A stretch of DNA of 64,000 nt from Actinomycetes bacterium. GTDB lineage: Bacteria > Actinomycetota > Thermoleophilia > Solirubrobacterales > 70-9. Position 1 is the stretch's first letter, and every line of letters begins with the position of its first letter. A program made the translations under genes and the position numbers. The notes under the pieces were generated by a model. The model searched no databases, was not told where the DNA came from, and saw only the letters and a list, made by a program, of their open reading frames with translations. This document shows, piece after piece, positions 1 to 10,311 of the stretch. Location: NCBI GenBank assembly GCA_016861045.1, contig BOKP01000001.1, positions 187,529 to 251,528 of the forward strand, read 5' to 3'.

Positions 1-1124
1 ATGTAGTCGATCAGCTCGTGCCGGGACTTCAGGTAGCGGTCCTCCTCCGGCAGGTTGAGCGTGTACCCGAGCGCCTTGCCACGGGGGACGATCGAGACCT
101 TCTGGACGTTGTCGACGGTCGGCAGCAGCTCGGAGACGAGCGCGTGGCCGGCCTCGTGCCAGGCGACCACGCGCTTCTCGTGGTCGGTGATGACCTTCCG
201 GCTCTGGAGCCCGGCGACGACGCGCTCGAAAGCGTTGTCGAAGTCGGACTGGGCGATGAACGAGCGATTGTTGCGCCCCGCCTGGATCGCCGCCTCGTTG
301 CAGAGGTTGGCGAGGTCGGCCCCGGTCAGCCCCGAGGTGTGCCGGGCGACCCGGCCGAGGTCGATGTCCTGGCTCAGCGGCTTGTCGCGGGTGTGAACGG
401 CGAGGATCTGCTCGCGGCCGCGGAGGTCGGGAGGCGGAACGAACACCTGGCGGTCGAAGCGTCCCGGCCGCAGCAGGGCCGGGTCGAGCTTCTCGAGCAT
501 GTTCGAGGCCGCCATCACGACGATGCTCTCGCTCGCCTCGAAGCCGTCCATCTCGACGAGGAGCTGGTTCAGCGTCTGGTCGCGCTCGCCGGAGACGTCG
601 CTGCCACGGGCGGTCCCGACCGCGTCGAGCTCGTCGATGAAGAGGATCGCCGGGGCGTGCTCGCGCGCCTCCTTGAACAGGCGCCGGATCCTGGCGGCGC
701 CGAGGCCGGCGAACATCTCGACGAACGAGGAGGCCGACTGGCTGAAGAAGTTGGCGCCCGACTCGTGCGCCACCGCCTTCGCCAGCATCGTCTTGCCGGT
801 GCCCGGCGGCCCGTGCAGGAGGATCCCCTTCGGCACCTTCGCGCCGAGCGTCTTGAACCGCCTCGGATCGGAGAGGAAGTCGACGACCTCGCGCAGCTCG
901 TCCTTGGTCGCCTCGACGCCGGCGATGTCCTCCCAGCCGACTCCGCTTCGCTTCGAAGCCTTGATCTCCTGCGGCTTCGTCCTCGGCATCACCGCGAGCA
1001 TCCGGAACATCACGTAGACGAGCAGCGCGATGAAGACCAGCGAGAACAGCGGCAGCCAGCGATCGACCGTGTCGAGGATCTCGTCGCTGCCTATCGCGAT
1101 CACCGCCGCCATGCCTGGATGCAT
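1..1124 (-). CDS. ftsH: ATP-dependent zinc metalloprotease FtsH; the 5' part is in the window and the 3' end runs off the left edge
   Basis: I translated the reverse strand by hand from the ATG at 1124. It shows one N-terminal TM helix, Walker A GPPGTGKT, Walker B ILFIDELD, AAA second region of homology (PALLRPGRFDRQ) and the HEAGH zinc site. It is absent from the ORF track because there is no stop inside the window. An in-frame TAA at 1146-1148 fixes a short N-terminus. Confidence 0.85.
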   Translation of the reverse strand, partial: MHPGMAAVIAIGSDEILDTVDRWLPLFSLVFIALLVYVMFRMLAVMPRTKPQEIKASKRSGVGWEDIAGVEATKDELREVVDFLSDPRRFKTLGAKVPKGILLHGPPGTGKTMLAKAVAHESGANFFSQSASSFVEMFAGLGAARIRRLFKEAREHAPAILFIDELDAVGTARGSDVSGERDQTLNQLLVEMDGFEASESIVVMAASNMLEKLDPALLRPGRFDRQVFVPPPDLRGREQILAVHTRDKPLSQDIDLGRVARHTSGLTGADLANLCNEAAIQAGRNNRSFIAQSDFDNAFERVVAGLQSRKVITDHEKRVVAWHEAGHALVSELLPTVDNVQKVSIVPRGKALGYTLNLPEEDRYLKSRHELIDY

Positions 1125-1145
1125 CGGCAGATCCGCCGCCGCCAG

Positions 1146-2021
1146 TTAGCCGCGCTCGGCCGCCAGCACCGCATCGAGCGCGGCGACCGCGACCTCGAGC
1201 TGCTCGGGCGTGGGCTCGCGCGTGGCGAAGCTCGACTGGATCAGGTGGCCGGCGCCGTGGACGGCGCGCCCGATCGCCGAGTCGGGATGGCGGTCGGCGG
1301 CGACGAACACCTCGACCGCGAGCGAGAGGCCGGCGAGGGCGCTGGCCGCCCGTGCCAGCCGGCCCGGGCGCTCGACGAGGCGATCGACGGCGAGCTGGCA
1401 GGCGGCGGAGAAGAGCGCCAGCGGCGCGATCAGGTTGGAGCCGCAGCGCCGGTGCTCCTTCGGCACCCCGGCCGGGTCCACGCCCTGCTCGTAGCCCCCG
1501 ATCGACTTGTGCTCGGCGGCGTGGTAGGCGGCGAGGTCGGAGCCGCTCAGCGAGACCAGCGCCGGGACGAAGCCGATCGTCGCCGCGACCCCCTCGCGCA
1601 CGGGACTGGTGCCGCCGCGGCGGACGAGGTTGCCGGCGAGCGTGCTGGCGATCCCGGCCGCGATCACCTTGCCGTCCTCGAACGGCAGCCGCGCCGAGGG
1701 CACGGCGAGGCGCGCGATCGGGATCACCGCGAACGCCTCGGCCAGGCGCAGCGGCCCGCGCATCATCGGCACCTTCCCGAACCGGTTGCCGCCGAAGTCG
1801 GGCTTCGGGCCCGAGGCGACGTCGATCGAGCCGTCCGCCGCCCGGGCGGCCGCCCCCCAGGCCGTCGGTCCGTGGATCAGAAGGCCGTTGCGGAGCGCCA
1901 TGCCGCCGAGGCGGAGCTTCTCGGGCTCGGCGGGGGGACCGCCGTTGGCCGAGGCGCCGTTCGGCGACGCGGCGATCCGCTCGATCGATTCGGCGCCCTC
2001 GCCTTGCTCGCCCGCGGCCAT
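1146..2021 (-). CDS. DUF1385-family protein
   Basis: 291-aa ORF with LRLGGMALRNGLLIHGP and AAYHAAEHK motifs, which I remember as typical of DUF1385. Its stop lies 21 nt upstream of the ftsH start on the same strand. Confidence 0.65.
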   Translation of the reverse strand: MAAGEQGEGAESIERIAASPNGASANGGPPAEPEKLRLGGMALRNGLLIHGPTAWGAAARAADGSIDVASGPKPDFGGNRFGKVPMMRGPLRLAEAFAVIPIARLAVPSARLPFEDGKVIAAGIASTLAGNLVRRGGTSPVREGVAATIGFVPALVSLSGSDLAAYHAAEHKSIGGYEQGVDPAGVPKEHRRCGSNLIAPLALFSAACQLAVDRLVERPGRLARAASALAGLSLAVEVFVAADRHPDSAIGRAVHGAGHLIQSSFATREPTPEQLEVAVAALDAVLAAERG

Positions 2022-2080
2022 CGCCGGGCAGGTTAGCGCCGCCGCGCCGCCGTCCCCGCGGCGCTGGATACTGCGAACCC

Positions 2081-3403
2081 GTGAGCGAGCGGCTGTTCGA
2101 GAGCGACGACGCCGCCTCCGCCGGCGCCGGCGGAGGTGGGCCGCTGGCCGTGCGGATGCGCCCGCGCCGGCTCGGGGACCTGGTCGGCCAGGAGCACCTG
2201 CTCGCGGCGGGATCGACCCTGCGAACGGCGATCGAGTCGGGGACGCCGCACTCGATGGTCCTCTACGGGCCGCCGGGCAGCGGCAAGACGACGATCGCGC
2301 GGATCGTCGCCGGCGCCGCCGAGGGCGCCTTCGAGGAGGAGTCGGCCGTCAACGCGGGCCGTGCCGAGGTGCGGGCGGTGATCGCGCGCGCCGGGGAGCG
2401 GCGCCGCGCCGGTCGCGCCACGATCTTCTTCCTCGATGAGATCCACCGCTTCAACAAGGCCCAGCAGGACGCGCTCCTGCCGGCGGTCGAGGACGGGCTG
2501 GTGACGCTGATCGGGGCGACAACCGAGAACCCGTACTTCGAGGTCAACTCGGCGCTGCTCTCACGTACCCAGGTCTACGAGCTGCGGGCGCTCGATGCCG
2601 CCGCCGTCGCCGAGCTGCTGCGGCGTGCGATCGCCGACCGCGAGCGCGGGCTCGCGGACCCGCCGGCGATCGACGACGAGGCGCTGGCGATGCTCGCCGA
2701 GCGCGCCGGCGGCGACGCGAGGGCGGCGCTCGGGGCGCTCGAGCGGGCCGCCGGGGCCGCCGGCCCCGACGGCCGCGTCGACGTCGCCGCCGTCGAGGAC
2801 GCGATGCAGCGGTCGGCGGTCCGCTACGACAAGGGGGGCGACCGCCACTACGACTACATCTCGGCCTGGATCAAGGCGACCAGGAACTCCGACGTCGACG
2901 CCTCCGTCTACTACCTGGCGGCGATGCTGGCCGGCGGCGAGGACCCGAGGTTCATCGCGCGGCGGATGGTGATCTTCGCCTCCGAGGACGTCGGCAACGC
3001 GGCGCCGCAGGCGCTCGCGGTGGCGAGCGCGGCGGCGGCTGCGGTCGATCGCGTCGGCCTGCCCGAATGCCGCCTCAACCTCGCCCAGGCGGCCGTCTAC
3101 CTGGCGCTCGCGCCGAAGTCGAACGCCTCCTACGCGGCGCTGCTCGCCGCCGAGCGCGAGATCCGCAGCCACGGCCTCGCCGAGCCGCCGGACGCGATCC
3201 GCGACGGCCATTACCCGGGCGCCGCCGAGCTCGGCCGCGGCGCCGGCTACCGCTACCCGCACGACGAGCCGGGCGCCGTCAGCGACCAGCGGACGCTGCC
3301 GGAGGAGCTCGGCGACGCCCGCTTCTACGAGCCGACCGACCGCGGGTTCGAGGCCGAGCTCGGCGAGCGGCTGCGGCGGCTGCGGAAGCGGCGCGGCGCC
3401 TGA
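2081..3403 (+). CDS. rarA: Replication-associated recombination protein A (RarA/MgsA AAA+ ATPase)
   Basis: GTG at 2081 is in frame with track ORF 1352..3403. Motifs: [15 protein letters not shown], Walker [10 protein letters not shown], Walker [38 protein letters not shown] and the C-terminal MgsA helical domain ([18 protein letters not shown]). Confidence 0.9.
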   Translation: MSERLFESDDAASAGAGGGGPLAVRMRPRRLGDLVGQEHLLAAGSTLRTAIESGTPHSMVLYGPPGSGKTTIARIVAGAAEGAFEEESAVNAGRAEVRAVIARAGERRRAGRATIFFLDEIHRFNKAQQDALLPAVEDGLVTLIGATTENPYFEVNSALLSRTQVYELRALDAAAVAELLRRAIADRERGLADPPAIDDEALAMLAERAGGDARAALGALERAAGAAGPDGRVDVAAVEDAMQRSAVRYDKGGDRHYDYISAWIKATRNSDVDASVYYLAAMLAGGEDPRFIARRMVIFASEDVGNAAPQALAVASAAAAAVDRVGLPECRLNLAQAAVYLALAPKSNASYAALLAAEREIRSHGLAEPPDAIRDGHYPGAAELGRGAGYRYPHDEPGAVSDQRTLPEELGDARFYEPTDRGFEAELGERLRRLRKRRGA

Positions 3404-3425
3404 CGATCGCCGCTATCTTCGTGCC

Positions 3426-4301
3426 ATGCGGAGGGGGATCCTGGCTGCCGTGCTCGTCCTGGCGGCGATCGTCCCGGCCGGCGCCTCCGGCTCCTTCCAC
3501 CTGATCAAGATCACCGAGGTCGGGAACGGAAACCCGGCGGACTTCGTCGAGCTGCAGATGTTCGCCGCCGACGAGAACCTCGTCGGCGGCCGCTACGTTC
3601 GCACCTACGACGGCCTCGGCGCCGTGCGGACGACGTTCCGGTTCCCGGCCGACGTCCTCCAGGACGGGGACCAGCGGACGATCCTCGTCGGCCGCGCCGG
3701 CCCGGTCGAGTGGCCGGTCGAACCCGACTTCACGACCGCCGAGCTGGAGGTCGGCGGCGCCGGCGCGGTCTGCTACCTCGACACGCTGATCCTGCCGCCC
3801 TTCGACTGCGTGTCGTTCGGGGAGTTCCCGGCCCCTTCCCCGCTGCCGACCGGAAGCCCGGCGCCGGCCCTGCCCGACGGCCCCGGCGCGAGCACGCTCC
3901 AGCGGACGCTCGCCCGCGGCTGTCCGACCCTGCTCGAGGACGCGGACGACAGCGACGACTCGGCGGCCGACTTCCACCTCGCGGCTCCGAGCCCGCGCAA
4001 CAACGCGACGGCCCCGACCGAACGGGAATGCGATCCCTATCCGCCCGAGACCGTGATCACCAAGCGACCGCCGGAGCGGACGAGCCGGCGTCGTCCGAAG
4101 ATCGCGTTCCGCGCGACCGAGCGCGGGGCGAGCTTCGAGTGCAAGCGCGACGGGCGGCCGTTCCGGCCGTGCACCTCGCCCTACCGGAGGGGGTTCCCGG
4201 TCGGCAGGCACCTGTTCCGCGTCGCCGCGATCGACGGCGCCGGCAACCGCGACCGCTCGCCGGCGAAGGTGCGCTTCAGGCGGGTGCGGGGGCGCCGCTA
4301 G
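3426..4301 (+). CDS. Secreted protein with an N-terminal lamin-tail-domain-like region and a C-terminal two-Cys Ig-like module
   Basis: Signal peptide MRRGILAAVLVLAAIVPAGASG. The LTD-like stretch is FHLIKITEVGNGNPADFVELQMF. The C-terminus (TVITKRPP...ASFECKRDGRPFRPCTSPY...FRVAAIDGAGNRD) is paralogous to modules in ORF 26222..27964. Confidence 0.6.
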   Translation: MRRGILAAVLVLAAIVPAGASGSFHLIKITEVGNGNPADFVELQMFAADENLVGGRYVRTYDGLGAVRTTFRFPADVLQDGDQRTILVGRAGPVEWPVEPDFTTAELEVGGAGAVCYLDTLILPPFDCVSFGEFPAPSPLPTGSPAPALPDGPGASTLQRTLARGCPTLLEDADDSDDSAADFHLAAPSPRNNATAPTERECDPYPPETVITKRPPERTSRRRPKIAFRATERGASFECKRDGRPFRPCTSPYRRGFPVGRHLFRVAAIDGAGNRDRSPAKVRFRRVRGRR

Positions 4302-4328
4302 GCGGGGAGGCCTCTAGGCTCGGGTTCG

Positions 4329-5894
4329 ATGGGGAGCCTCGAATCGCTCAACCCGGCGACCGGCGAGCCGATCGGCACGGTCGAGACGATCGAGCCGGCG
4401 GCGGTGCAGGCGGCGGTCGACGAGATCGCCGAGGTGCAGCCGTTCTGGGCCGAGCTCGCGCCGGCCGACCGCGGCCGCTACCTCGAGCGCGCGGCCGAGA
4501 TCCTCGCCGGCGACGTCGAGGAGGTCGCCCGGCTGCTCAGCTCCGAGCAGGGGAAGCCGATCACCGAGGCCTACACGATGGAGGTCGTGCCGACCGTGGA
4601 CGGGCTGCGCTGGGTGGCGGCCGAGGGCCCCGGGATCCTCGCCGACCGGCCGGTGAAGATGGGCGGCGGCCTCTTCACCGGCAAGCGGGTCGCCCACCGG
4701 CTCGAGCCGCTCGGCGTCGTCGCGATCATCGCGCCCTGGAACTACCCGTGGTCGATCCCGTTCGGCGAGACCGCGATCGCGCTGATGGCCGGCAACGGCG
4801 TCGTCCTCAAGCCGTCGGAGCTGACGCCGCTGCTCGGTGAGCGGATCCGCGTCGCCTTCGAGAAGGCCGGGGTGCCCGAGGGGCTGGTTCGGGTCGCGCA
4901 GGGCGGCGGCGAGGTCGGCCGGGCCGTGGTGGAGTCGAGCGTCCGCAAGGTCTTCTTCACCGGCTCGGTCGCGACCGGGTACGCGGTCGGGGCCGCCTGC
5001 GCGGAGCGGATGAAGGGGGCGGTGCTCGAGCTCGGCGGCAAGGATCCGGCGATCGTCTGCGCCGACGCCGAGCTCGACAACGCCGTCGCCGGGATCGCCT
5101 GGGCGGGATTCGCGAACGCGGGCCAGACCTGCTCGGGGATCGAGCGCGTCTACGTCGTCGCCGATGTCGCCGAGCCCTTCCTCGCCGGCATTCGCGCCGC
5201 GGCCGAGCGGCTCGCGGTCGGCGATCCGGGGAGCTGGGACACCGAGGTCGGGCCGATGATCTCCGAGGCGCAGGCGGCGATCGTCACCGAGCTCGTCGAC
5301 GACGCGGTCGCCGCCGGCGCCGAGCGGCTCTGCGGGGGGCCGGTCGACCGCCCCGGCTCGCCGGGGAGCTGGATCGCCCCGACCGTCCTCGCCGGCGTCA
5401 CGCACGAGATGAGGATCATGCGCGAGGAGGTCTTCGGACCCGTCCTGCCCGTGGTCGTCGTCGAGGACGAGGAGGAGGCGCTCGCCCTCGCCAACGACTC
5501 CGAGTTCGGCCTCGGAGCATCGGTCTGGACCCGCGACCGCCACAAGGGCGAGCGGATGGCGCGGCGGCTCGGGTCGGGCATGGTCTGGATCAACGACCAC
5601 GCCTACACCCACGCCGCGATTCAGACCGCATGGGGCGGGACCGGGGACTCGGGGCTGGGGCGCTCCCATTCCCGCTTCGGCTTCTACGAGTGCTGCGAGG
5701 TCAAGACCGTGAGCTGGAGCTCGCCCCGCGCCCGTGACTTCTGGTGGTACCCCTACGACGAGACGCTGGGGCGGGCCGTGCGCGCCGCCACGGGCCTCCT
5801 CTACGGCGGCGCCGGACCGCGCATCAAGGTGCTCCGCGAGGGCGGCGGTTCGCTGCTTCGGACCGGGGCCCGGACGCTGCGCGGCGGCCGCTGA
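4329..5894 (+). CDS. NAD(P)-dependent aldehyde dehydrogenase family protein
   Basis: 521-aa ORF with ALDH hallmarks: PWNYPW, FTGSVATG, catalytic region ELGGKDP and GQTCSGIERVYV, and EEVFGPVLPV. Confidence 0.9.
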   Translation: MGSLESLNPATGEPIGTVETIEPAAVQAAVDEIAEVQPFWAELAPADRGRYLERAAEILAGDVEEVARLLSSEQGKPITEAYTMEVVPTVDGLRWVAAEGPGILADRPVKMGGGLFTGKRVAHRLEPLGVVAIIAPWNYPWSIPFGETAIALMAGNGVVLKPSELTPLLGERIRVAFEKAGVPEGLVRVAQGGGEVGRAVVESSVRKVFFTGSVATGYAVGAACAERMKGAVLELGGKDPAIVCADAELDNAVAGIAWAGFANAGQTCSGIERVYVVADVAEPFLAGIRAAAERLAVGDPGSWDTEVGPMISEAQAAIVTELVDDAVAAGAERLCGGPVDRPGSPGSWIAPTVLAGVTHEMRIMREEVFGPVLPVVVVEDEEEALALANDSEFGLGASVWTRDRHKGERMARRLGSGMVWINDHAYTHAAIQTAWGGTGDSGLGRSHSRFGFYECCEVKTVSWSSPRARDFWWYPYDETLGRAVRAATGLLYGGAGPRIKVLREGGGSLLRTGARTLRGGR

Positions 5895-5933
5895 CGGCGG
5901 CGCCGGCCGTCGTTCGGCTCGCGGCTGCCGCCG

Positions 5934-6443
5934 TCAGCTCGCCGCCCGCAGCGCCGCCAGCGCCCGGCGCTCGCCGGCGAAGGCGGGCCGCGGGAACGAG
6001 TCGAGCGCGAACCAGCCGGCCTCCTCCGACTCGTCGGAGACCTCGAGCGCGCCGCCGGCGACCGTGCAGCGGTATGCGACGTCGAAGATCGGCAGGGCAT
6101 CGGCGCCGTCGCCGTAGCCGGAGGCGTAGATCCCGATCACCGTGCCGACCGCGATCTCGAGCCCGGTCTCCTCGCGGACCTCGCGAGCGATCGCCTCCGG
6201 CCCGGACTCGCCCGCCTCGACGAAGCCCCCGGGCATGTTCCACTCGCCCCGGAACGGGTCCTGGCCGCGACGGAGCGCGAGGAAGGCGCCGTCGCCGCCT
6301 GCGATCCAGGCCTGCACCGTCGGCGCCGGATTGCCGTAGTGGACGAAGCCGCAGGCGGGGCAGGTGGGCCGCTCGGGGTCGGGGCCGGGCGAGGGGCGAA
6401 GCTCGAGCTCGGTCGCGCAGCGCGGGCAGAAGCGGAATTCCAT
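5934..6443 (-). CDS. NUDIX hydrolase with an N-terminal zinc ribbon
   Basis: Internal ATG at 6443 ([13 protein letters not shown]...CPACGF gives four Cys). The Nudix box is [24 protein letters not shown]. The upstream extension to 6551 is Arg/Ala-rich and would overlap the ccmA start region. Confidence 0.8.
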   Translation of the reverse strand: MEFRFCPRCATELELRPSPGPDPERPTCPACGFVHYGNPAPTVQAWIAGGDGAFLALRRGQDPFRGEWNMPGGFVEAGESGPEAIAREVREETGLEIAVGTVIGIYASGYGDGADALPIFDVAYRCTVAGGALEVSDESEEAGWFALDSFPRPAFAGERRALAALRAAS

Positions 6444-6534
6444 GCCGGCCCGGAACCTACCGGCAGCGGCCGATCGCGCCCGTGCCGCGCTCTCCACGCC
6501 GCCGCCCGGCCCGACCGCTCTAGCCTTTGGCGCC

Positions 6535-7272
6535 GTGTCCGAGCCGGCCACCGAGCCCGCCGCGCCCGCGCTGCGGGCCGCCGGCCTCTGCCTCGCCTAC
6601 GGCGAGCGCTGGGTCCTGCGGGACCTCGACCTCGAGCTCGCGGCGGGCGGGACGCTCGCCGTGCTCGGTCCCAACGGCGCCGGGAAGTCGACGCTGCTGC
6701 GGATCGTCGCGACGCTGCTGCGCCCGACCGAGGGGTCGGTCGAGGTGCTCGGGGCGGCGCTGCCGCGGGAGGCCTGGCGGCTGCGCGGGCGGATCGGGTT
6801 CCTCGGCCATCAGCCGCTGCTCTATCGCGACCTCGACGCGCGCGAGAACCTCGCTTTCCACGGGCGTCTGTTCGGGCTGCCCGGCGGCGGGGCCGAGCGC
6901 GCCGCGGAGCTCCTGGAGCAGGTCGGCCTCTCCGCCCGCGCCGACGCCCGGGTCGAGGAGATGTCGGCGGGGATGGTCCGGCGGCTCGCCGTCTGCCGGG
7001 CGCTCCTGCACGAGCCCGACCTGCTCGTCCTCGACGAGCCGCTCGCCAACCTCGACCCGGCGGCCGCCGCAGCGGTCGCGCCGCTTCTCGGCCCGGAGCC
7101 GGGGCGGACGCGGATCGTCGTCAGCCACGACGTCGAGGCGGCGCTGGCCGATGCCGACCGCGTGCTCGGCCTCGAGCGCGACGGCACCGTCGCCTTCGAG
7201 TGCGCTGCCGCCGGGATCGATCCCGATCGGGCGCGCGCGATCTACTCGGAGCGGGCCGGGGCGGTCGCATGA
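6535..7272 (+). CDS. ccmA: Heme-exporter ABC ATPase CcmA
   Basis: GTG at 6535 is in frame with track ORF 6364..7272. Motifs: Walker [10 protein letters not shown], signature [11 protein letters not shown], Walker B LLVLDEP. It is followed directly by ccmB and ccmC. Confidence 0.8.
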   Translation: MSEPATEPAAPALRAAGLCLAYGERWVLRDLDLELAAGGTLAVLGPNGAGKSTLLRIVATLLRPTEGSVEVLGAALPREAWRLRGRIGFLGHQPLLYRDLDARENLAFHGRLFGLPGGGAERAAELLEQVGLSARADARVEEMSAGMVRRLAVCRALLHEPDLLVLDEPLANLDPAAAAAVAPLLGPEPGRTRIVVSHDVEAALADADRVLGLERDGTVAFECAAAGIDPDRARAIYSERAGAVA

Positions 7273-7961
7273 GCCGCCCGGCCCCGACCACCGCGTCGGT
7301 CGCCGCGGCCTTCCTCGTCAAGGACCTGCGTGTGGAGCTGCGGACGCTGCAGTCGGTCCCGGCGATGCTCCTGTTCGCCACCACCGTCTTCGTCATCTTC
7401 CGCTTCGGGCTCGATCGAACCAGGCTCGACGGCGGCCTCGCGGCGGGGGTGCTGGTGGTCACGATCCTGTTCGCGGCGCTGCTGGCGATCAACCGGATCT
7501 TCGTCGCCGAGCGCGAGCAGGGCGGGTTCGAGGCGCTGCGCCTGGCGCCCGCCGACGGGGCCGCGCTGTTCCTCGCCAAGGCGGCGGCGCTGCTCGTCCA
7601 CCTGGCGATCCTCGAGCTGTTCGCGCTGCCGGCCTTCTGGCTCTTCTTCCTCGAGGACGGCGCCGGGCTGGTCCCGCTGCTGCCGGTCCTGCTGCTGCTC
7701 GACGTCGCCCTCGCCGTCACCGGCGCGTTGATCGCGCCGATGGCGACCCACTCGAGAGCACGCGATCTGATCGGGCCGCTCGTCCTCCTGCCGCTCCTCG
7801 TTCCGGCTCTGATCGCCGCCGCCGCCGCCGGCCGCCACCTGCTCGCCGCCGCCGGCCCCTCCTACGAGATGTACGGGACCTGGCTCGGGCTGCTCGGCTT
7901 GTACGATCTGATCTTCCTGCTGGTCGGCTGGGCAGCCTTCGACTTCCTGCTCGAGGATTGA
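7269..7961 (+). CDS. ccmB: Heme exporter membrane protein CcmB
   Basis: ATG at 7269 overlaps the ccmA stop (ATGA). About 230 aa and polytopic, with FLVKDLRVELR and FVAEREQGGFEALRLAP matching the CcmB family. Confidence 0.8.
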   Translation: MSRPAPTTASVAAAFLVKDLRVELRTLQSVPAMLLFATTVFVIFRFGLDRTRLDGGLAAGVLVVTILFAALLAINRIFVAEREQGGFEALRLAPADGAALFLAKAAALLVHLAILELFALPAFWLFFLEDGAGLVPLLPVLLLLDVALAVTGALIAPMATHSRARDLIGPLVLLPLLVPALIAAAAAGRHLLAAAGPSYEMYGTWLGLLGLYDLIFLLVGWAAFDFLLED

Positions 7962-7988
7962 CATCCGGCGCGCGCCGCGGTCGGAACG

Positions 7989-8738
7989 ATGAAACCTTCC
8001 ACCCTGACGACACTCGCCCTGCTCACCGCCCTGCTGGTCGGCGCCGGCTTCGCGCTCGTCTTCTTCTGGGCGCCGAACGAGGCCGACCAGGGGTTCATCC
8101 AGAAGATCTTCTACCTGCACGTGCCGCTCGCGATCGTCGCCCTCGGCGGCTTCATCGTCGGCGGCATCCACGCGATCCGCCACCTGCGCAGCGGCGATCC
8201 GGTCCACGACGCGCGCTCCTACGTCTCGATCCACGCCTCGGTCATCTTCGGGGTCGCCGTCCTCGTCACCGGGATGGTCTGGGCGAAGGCGTCGTGGGGC
8301 CGCTGGTGGGTCTGGGAGGAGCCGACGCTAGTCAGCTTCCTGATCGTGTTCCTCCTCTACTGCACCTACTACCCGCTCCGCTACGCGATCGAGGACCGCG
8401 AGCGCCAGGCCCGCTACGCGTCGGTGTTCGCGATCACCGCCGGCGCCTTCGTGCCGCTCAACTTCATGGCGGTGCGGGCGGCGGAGTCGCTGGTCCACCC
8501 GCGCACGTTCGGCACCGTCGAGGGTGGCCTGCCGGCCGACATGTGGGTCGCGTTCCTCGTCTGCCTCGCCGGGATCGCGCTGCTCTGGGTGACGCTGGTG
8601 AGCTTCGAGCTGACCGCCAAGCGGACCTCGGCGCAGCTCTCGCGGCTGCGGCGGTCGCTGATCGAGGGGGGAACGTGGCGCGAGCCTCCCGGGGTCGGCG
8701 GCCGGATCGCCCCGCGCGGCGCCGGGACGGGACGCTGA
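7989..8738 (+). CDS. ccmC: Heme exporter / heme-handling protein CcmC
   Basis: 249-aa ORF with FFWAPNEADQGFIQKIFYLHVP (CcmC N-terminal signature) and the Trp-rich WWD motif WGRWWVWEEP. Confidence 0.85.
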   Translation: MKPSTLTTLALLTALLVGAGFALVFFWAPNEADQGFIQKIFYLHVPLAIVALGGFIVGGIHAIRHLRSGDPVHDARSYVSIHASVIFGVAVLVTGMVWAKASWGRWWVWEEPTLVSFLIVFLLYCTYYPLRYAIEDRERQARYASVFAITAGAFVPLNFMAVRAAESLVHPRTFGTVEGGLPADMWVAFLVCLAGIALLWVTLVSFELTAKRTSAQLSRLRRSLIEGGTWREPPGVGGRIAPRGAGTGR

Positions 8739-8968
8739 TGCCGGCGCTGCCGCTCGATGAGGCCGGCAGGTACGTCGCCGCGGCGTACGTCGTCTTCGTG
8801 GTCCTGCTGGTCGTCTACATCGGGATCATGGCCGCGAAGCTGGGCCGGATCTCGCGCGAGCTCGAGGAGCTGGCGGAGCTCGCGGACGAGGAGCGAGCGG
8901 CGAGCGGCGAGCCGCGAGCGGCTTCCGGGGCGCAGGCAGGGGCCGAGGCGCGGAGGGCATCTCGTTGA
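8738..8968 (+). CDS. Small single-TM protein, CcmD-like
   Basis: ATG at 8738 overlaps the ccmC stop (TGATG). 76 aa with one TM helix (YVAAAYVVFVVLLVVYIGIMAA) and a charged tail. Position and architecture fit CcmD, but the sequence family is poorly conserved. Confidence 0.5.
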   Translation: MPALPLDEAGRYVAAAYVVFVVLLVVYIGIMAAKLGRISRELEELAELADEERAASGEPRAASGAQAGAEARRASR

Positions 8969-10311
8969 GCGAGCTGCTCGCGCTCGGGGTCTCGCACAAG
9001 ACGGCGCCGATCGAGCTCCGCGAGCGGTTGGCGCTGACCGAGCGCCGCGCGGTCGGGGTCCTCGGCGAGCTCCGGACCCACGAGCAGGTCAGCGAGGCGG
9101 CGGCGATCTCGACCTGCAACCGGACCGAGCTCTACCTCGTCGTCAGCGATCCCGTCGAGGCCGAGAGCCTCGCCTTGGGCGCGCTCTCGCGCCAGGCGGG
9201 GATCCGCCCCACGGAGCTGATCGAGAGCCTCTACTCGCACCGTGGAATCGAGGCCGGTCGCCATCTCTTCCGGGTCGCCGCCGGGCTCGACTCGATGATC
9301 GTCGGCGAGGCCGAGATCCAGGGTCAGGTCAAGCGCGCCTACGAGCTCGCGCTGGTCGAGGGCGTGACCGGCGCGATCCTCAACCGGCTCTTCCGCGGCG
9401 CCCTCGCGGCCGGCAAGCGGGTTCGCGACGAGACCCGCATCGGCGAGGGCGGGATCAGCGTCCCCTCGGCCGCGGTCGAGCTCGCCACCCGGACGCTCGG
9501 GGAGCTGACCGGCCGCCACGTGCTCCTGATCGGGGCCGGCGAGACGGCCGAGCTGACCGCGCGGGCGCTGACCGTGCGCGGGGTCGAGACGGTGTTCGTC
9601 GCCAACCGCCGCCATGACCGGGCTCTCGGCCTCGCCGAGCGCTTCGGCGGCAGCGCAGTCCGGCTCGAGGACCTGCCGGCGCAGCTCGAGGTTGCCGACA
9701 TCGTCATCTCCTCGACCAACTCCCCCCACCACCTCGTCGAGCGCGAGGAGCTCGAGCTCGTCGCCGGCGCCCGCGGACACCGGCCGCTGCTGCTGATCGA
9801 CCTCGCCGTCCCCCGGGATATCGATCCGTCCTGCCGCGACGTCGACGGCGTCGTCGTCCGCGACGTCGACGACGTCCAGACGATCGCCGAGCGCAACGCG
9901 GGCGGCCGCGAGGTCGAGGCGCGAGGGGCCGAGCTGATCGTCGCCGCCGAGCTCGCCCGCTTCGAGCGCTGGCTCGGCTCGCTCGAGGTGCTGCCGACGG
10001 TGGCGTCGCTGCGGGTGCGGGCGGACGAGGTCGTCACCCGAGTCCTCGCCGAGAACGCCGGGCGCTTCGACGGGCTCGGCGAGGGGGATCGGCGCCGGAT
10101 CGAGGCGATGGCGCGGGCGATCGCGAGCCGGCTCCTGCACGAGCCGACGCTGCGCCTGAAGCGCGCCGCCGAGGACGCGGACGCCTACCAGCAGGTGGCG
10201 GCGCTGCGCGAGCTCTTCGGGCTTGACGCCGGCACCGAGCCGGAAGGAGCGGGCGCCGAGGTGCGGCCGCTGCGGCGCGGCGCCGACCGGGCCGGGGACC
10301 GGAAGCCCTGA
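8965..10311 (+). CDS. hemA: Glutamyl-tRNA reductase
   Basis: TTG start overlaps the preceding stop (TTGA). Motifs: LGVSHKTAPIELRE, active-site STCNRTELY, and NADPH-binding LLIGAGETAE. Confidence 0.9.
   Translation: MSELLALGVSHKTAPIELRERLALTERRAVGVLGELRTHEQVSEAAAISTCNRTELYLVVSDPVEAESLALGALSRQAGIRPTELIESLYSHRGIEAGRHLFRVAAGLDSMIVGEAEIQGQVKRAYELALVEGVTGAILNRLFRGALAAGKRVRDETRIGEGGISVPSAAVELATRTLGELTGRHVLLIGAGETAELTARALTVRGVETVFVANRRHDRALGLAERFGGSAVRLEDLPAQLEVADIVISSTNSPHHLVEREELELVAGARGHRPLLLIDLAVPRDIDPSCRDVDGVVVRDVDDVQTIAERNAGGREVEARGAELIVAAELARFERWLGSLEVLPTVASLRVRADEVVTRVLAENAGRFDGLGEGDRRRIEAMARAIASRLLHEPTLRLKRAAEDADAYQQVAALRELFGLDAGTEPEGAGAEVRPLRRGADRAGDRKP

Noticed and set aside
18-2036. 672-aa plus-strand ORF (with nested ORFs) covering the left edge
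   Set aside because: It is antisense to clearly recognisable ftsH and DUF1385 genes. The product is Arg/Gly/Asp-rich low complexity, typical of stop-free alternative frames in very GC-rich DNA.
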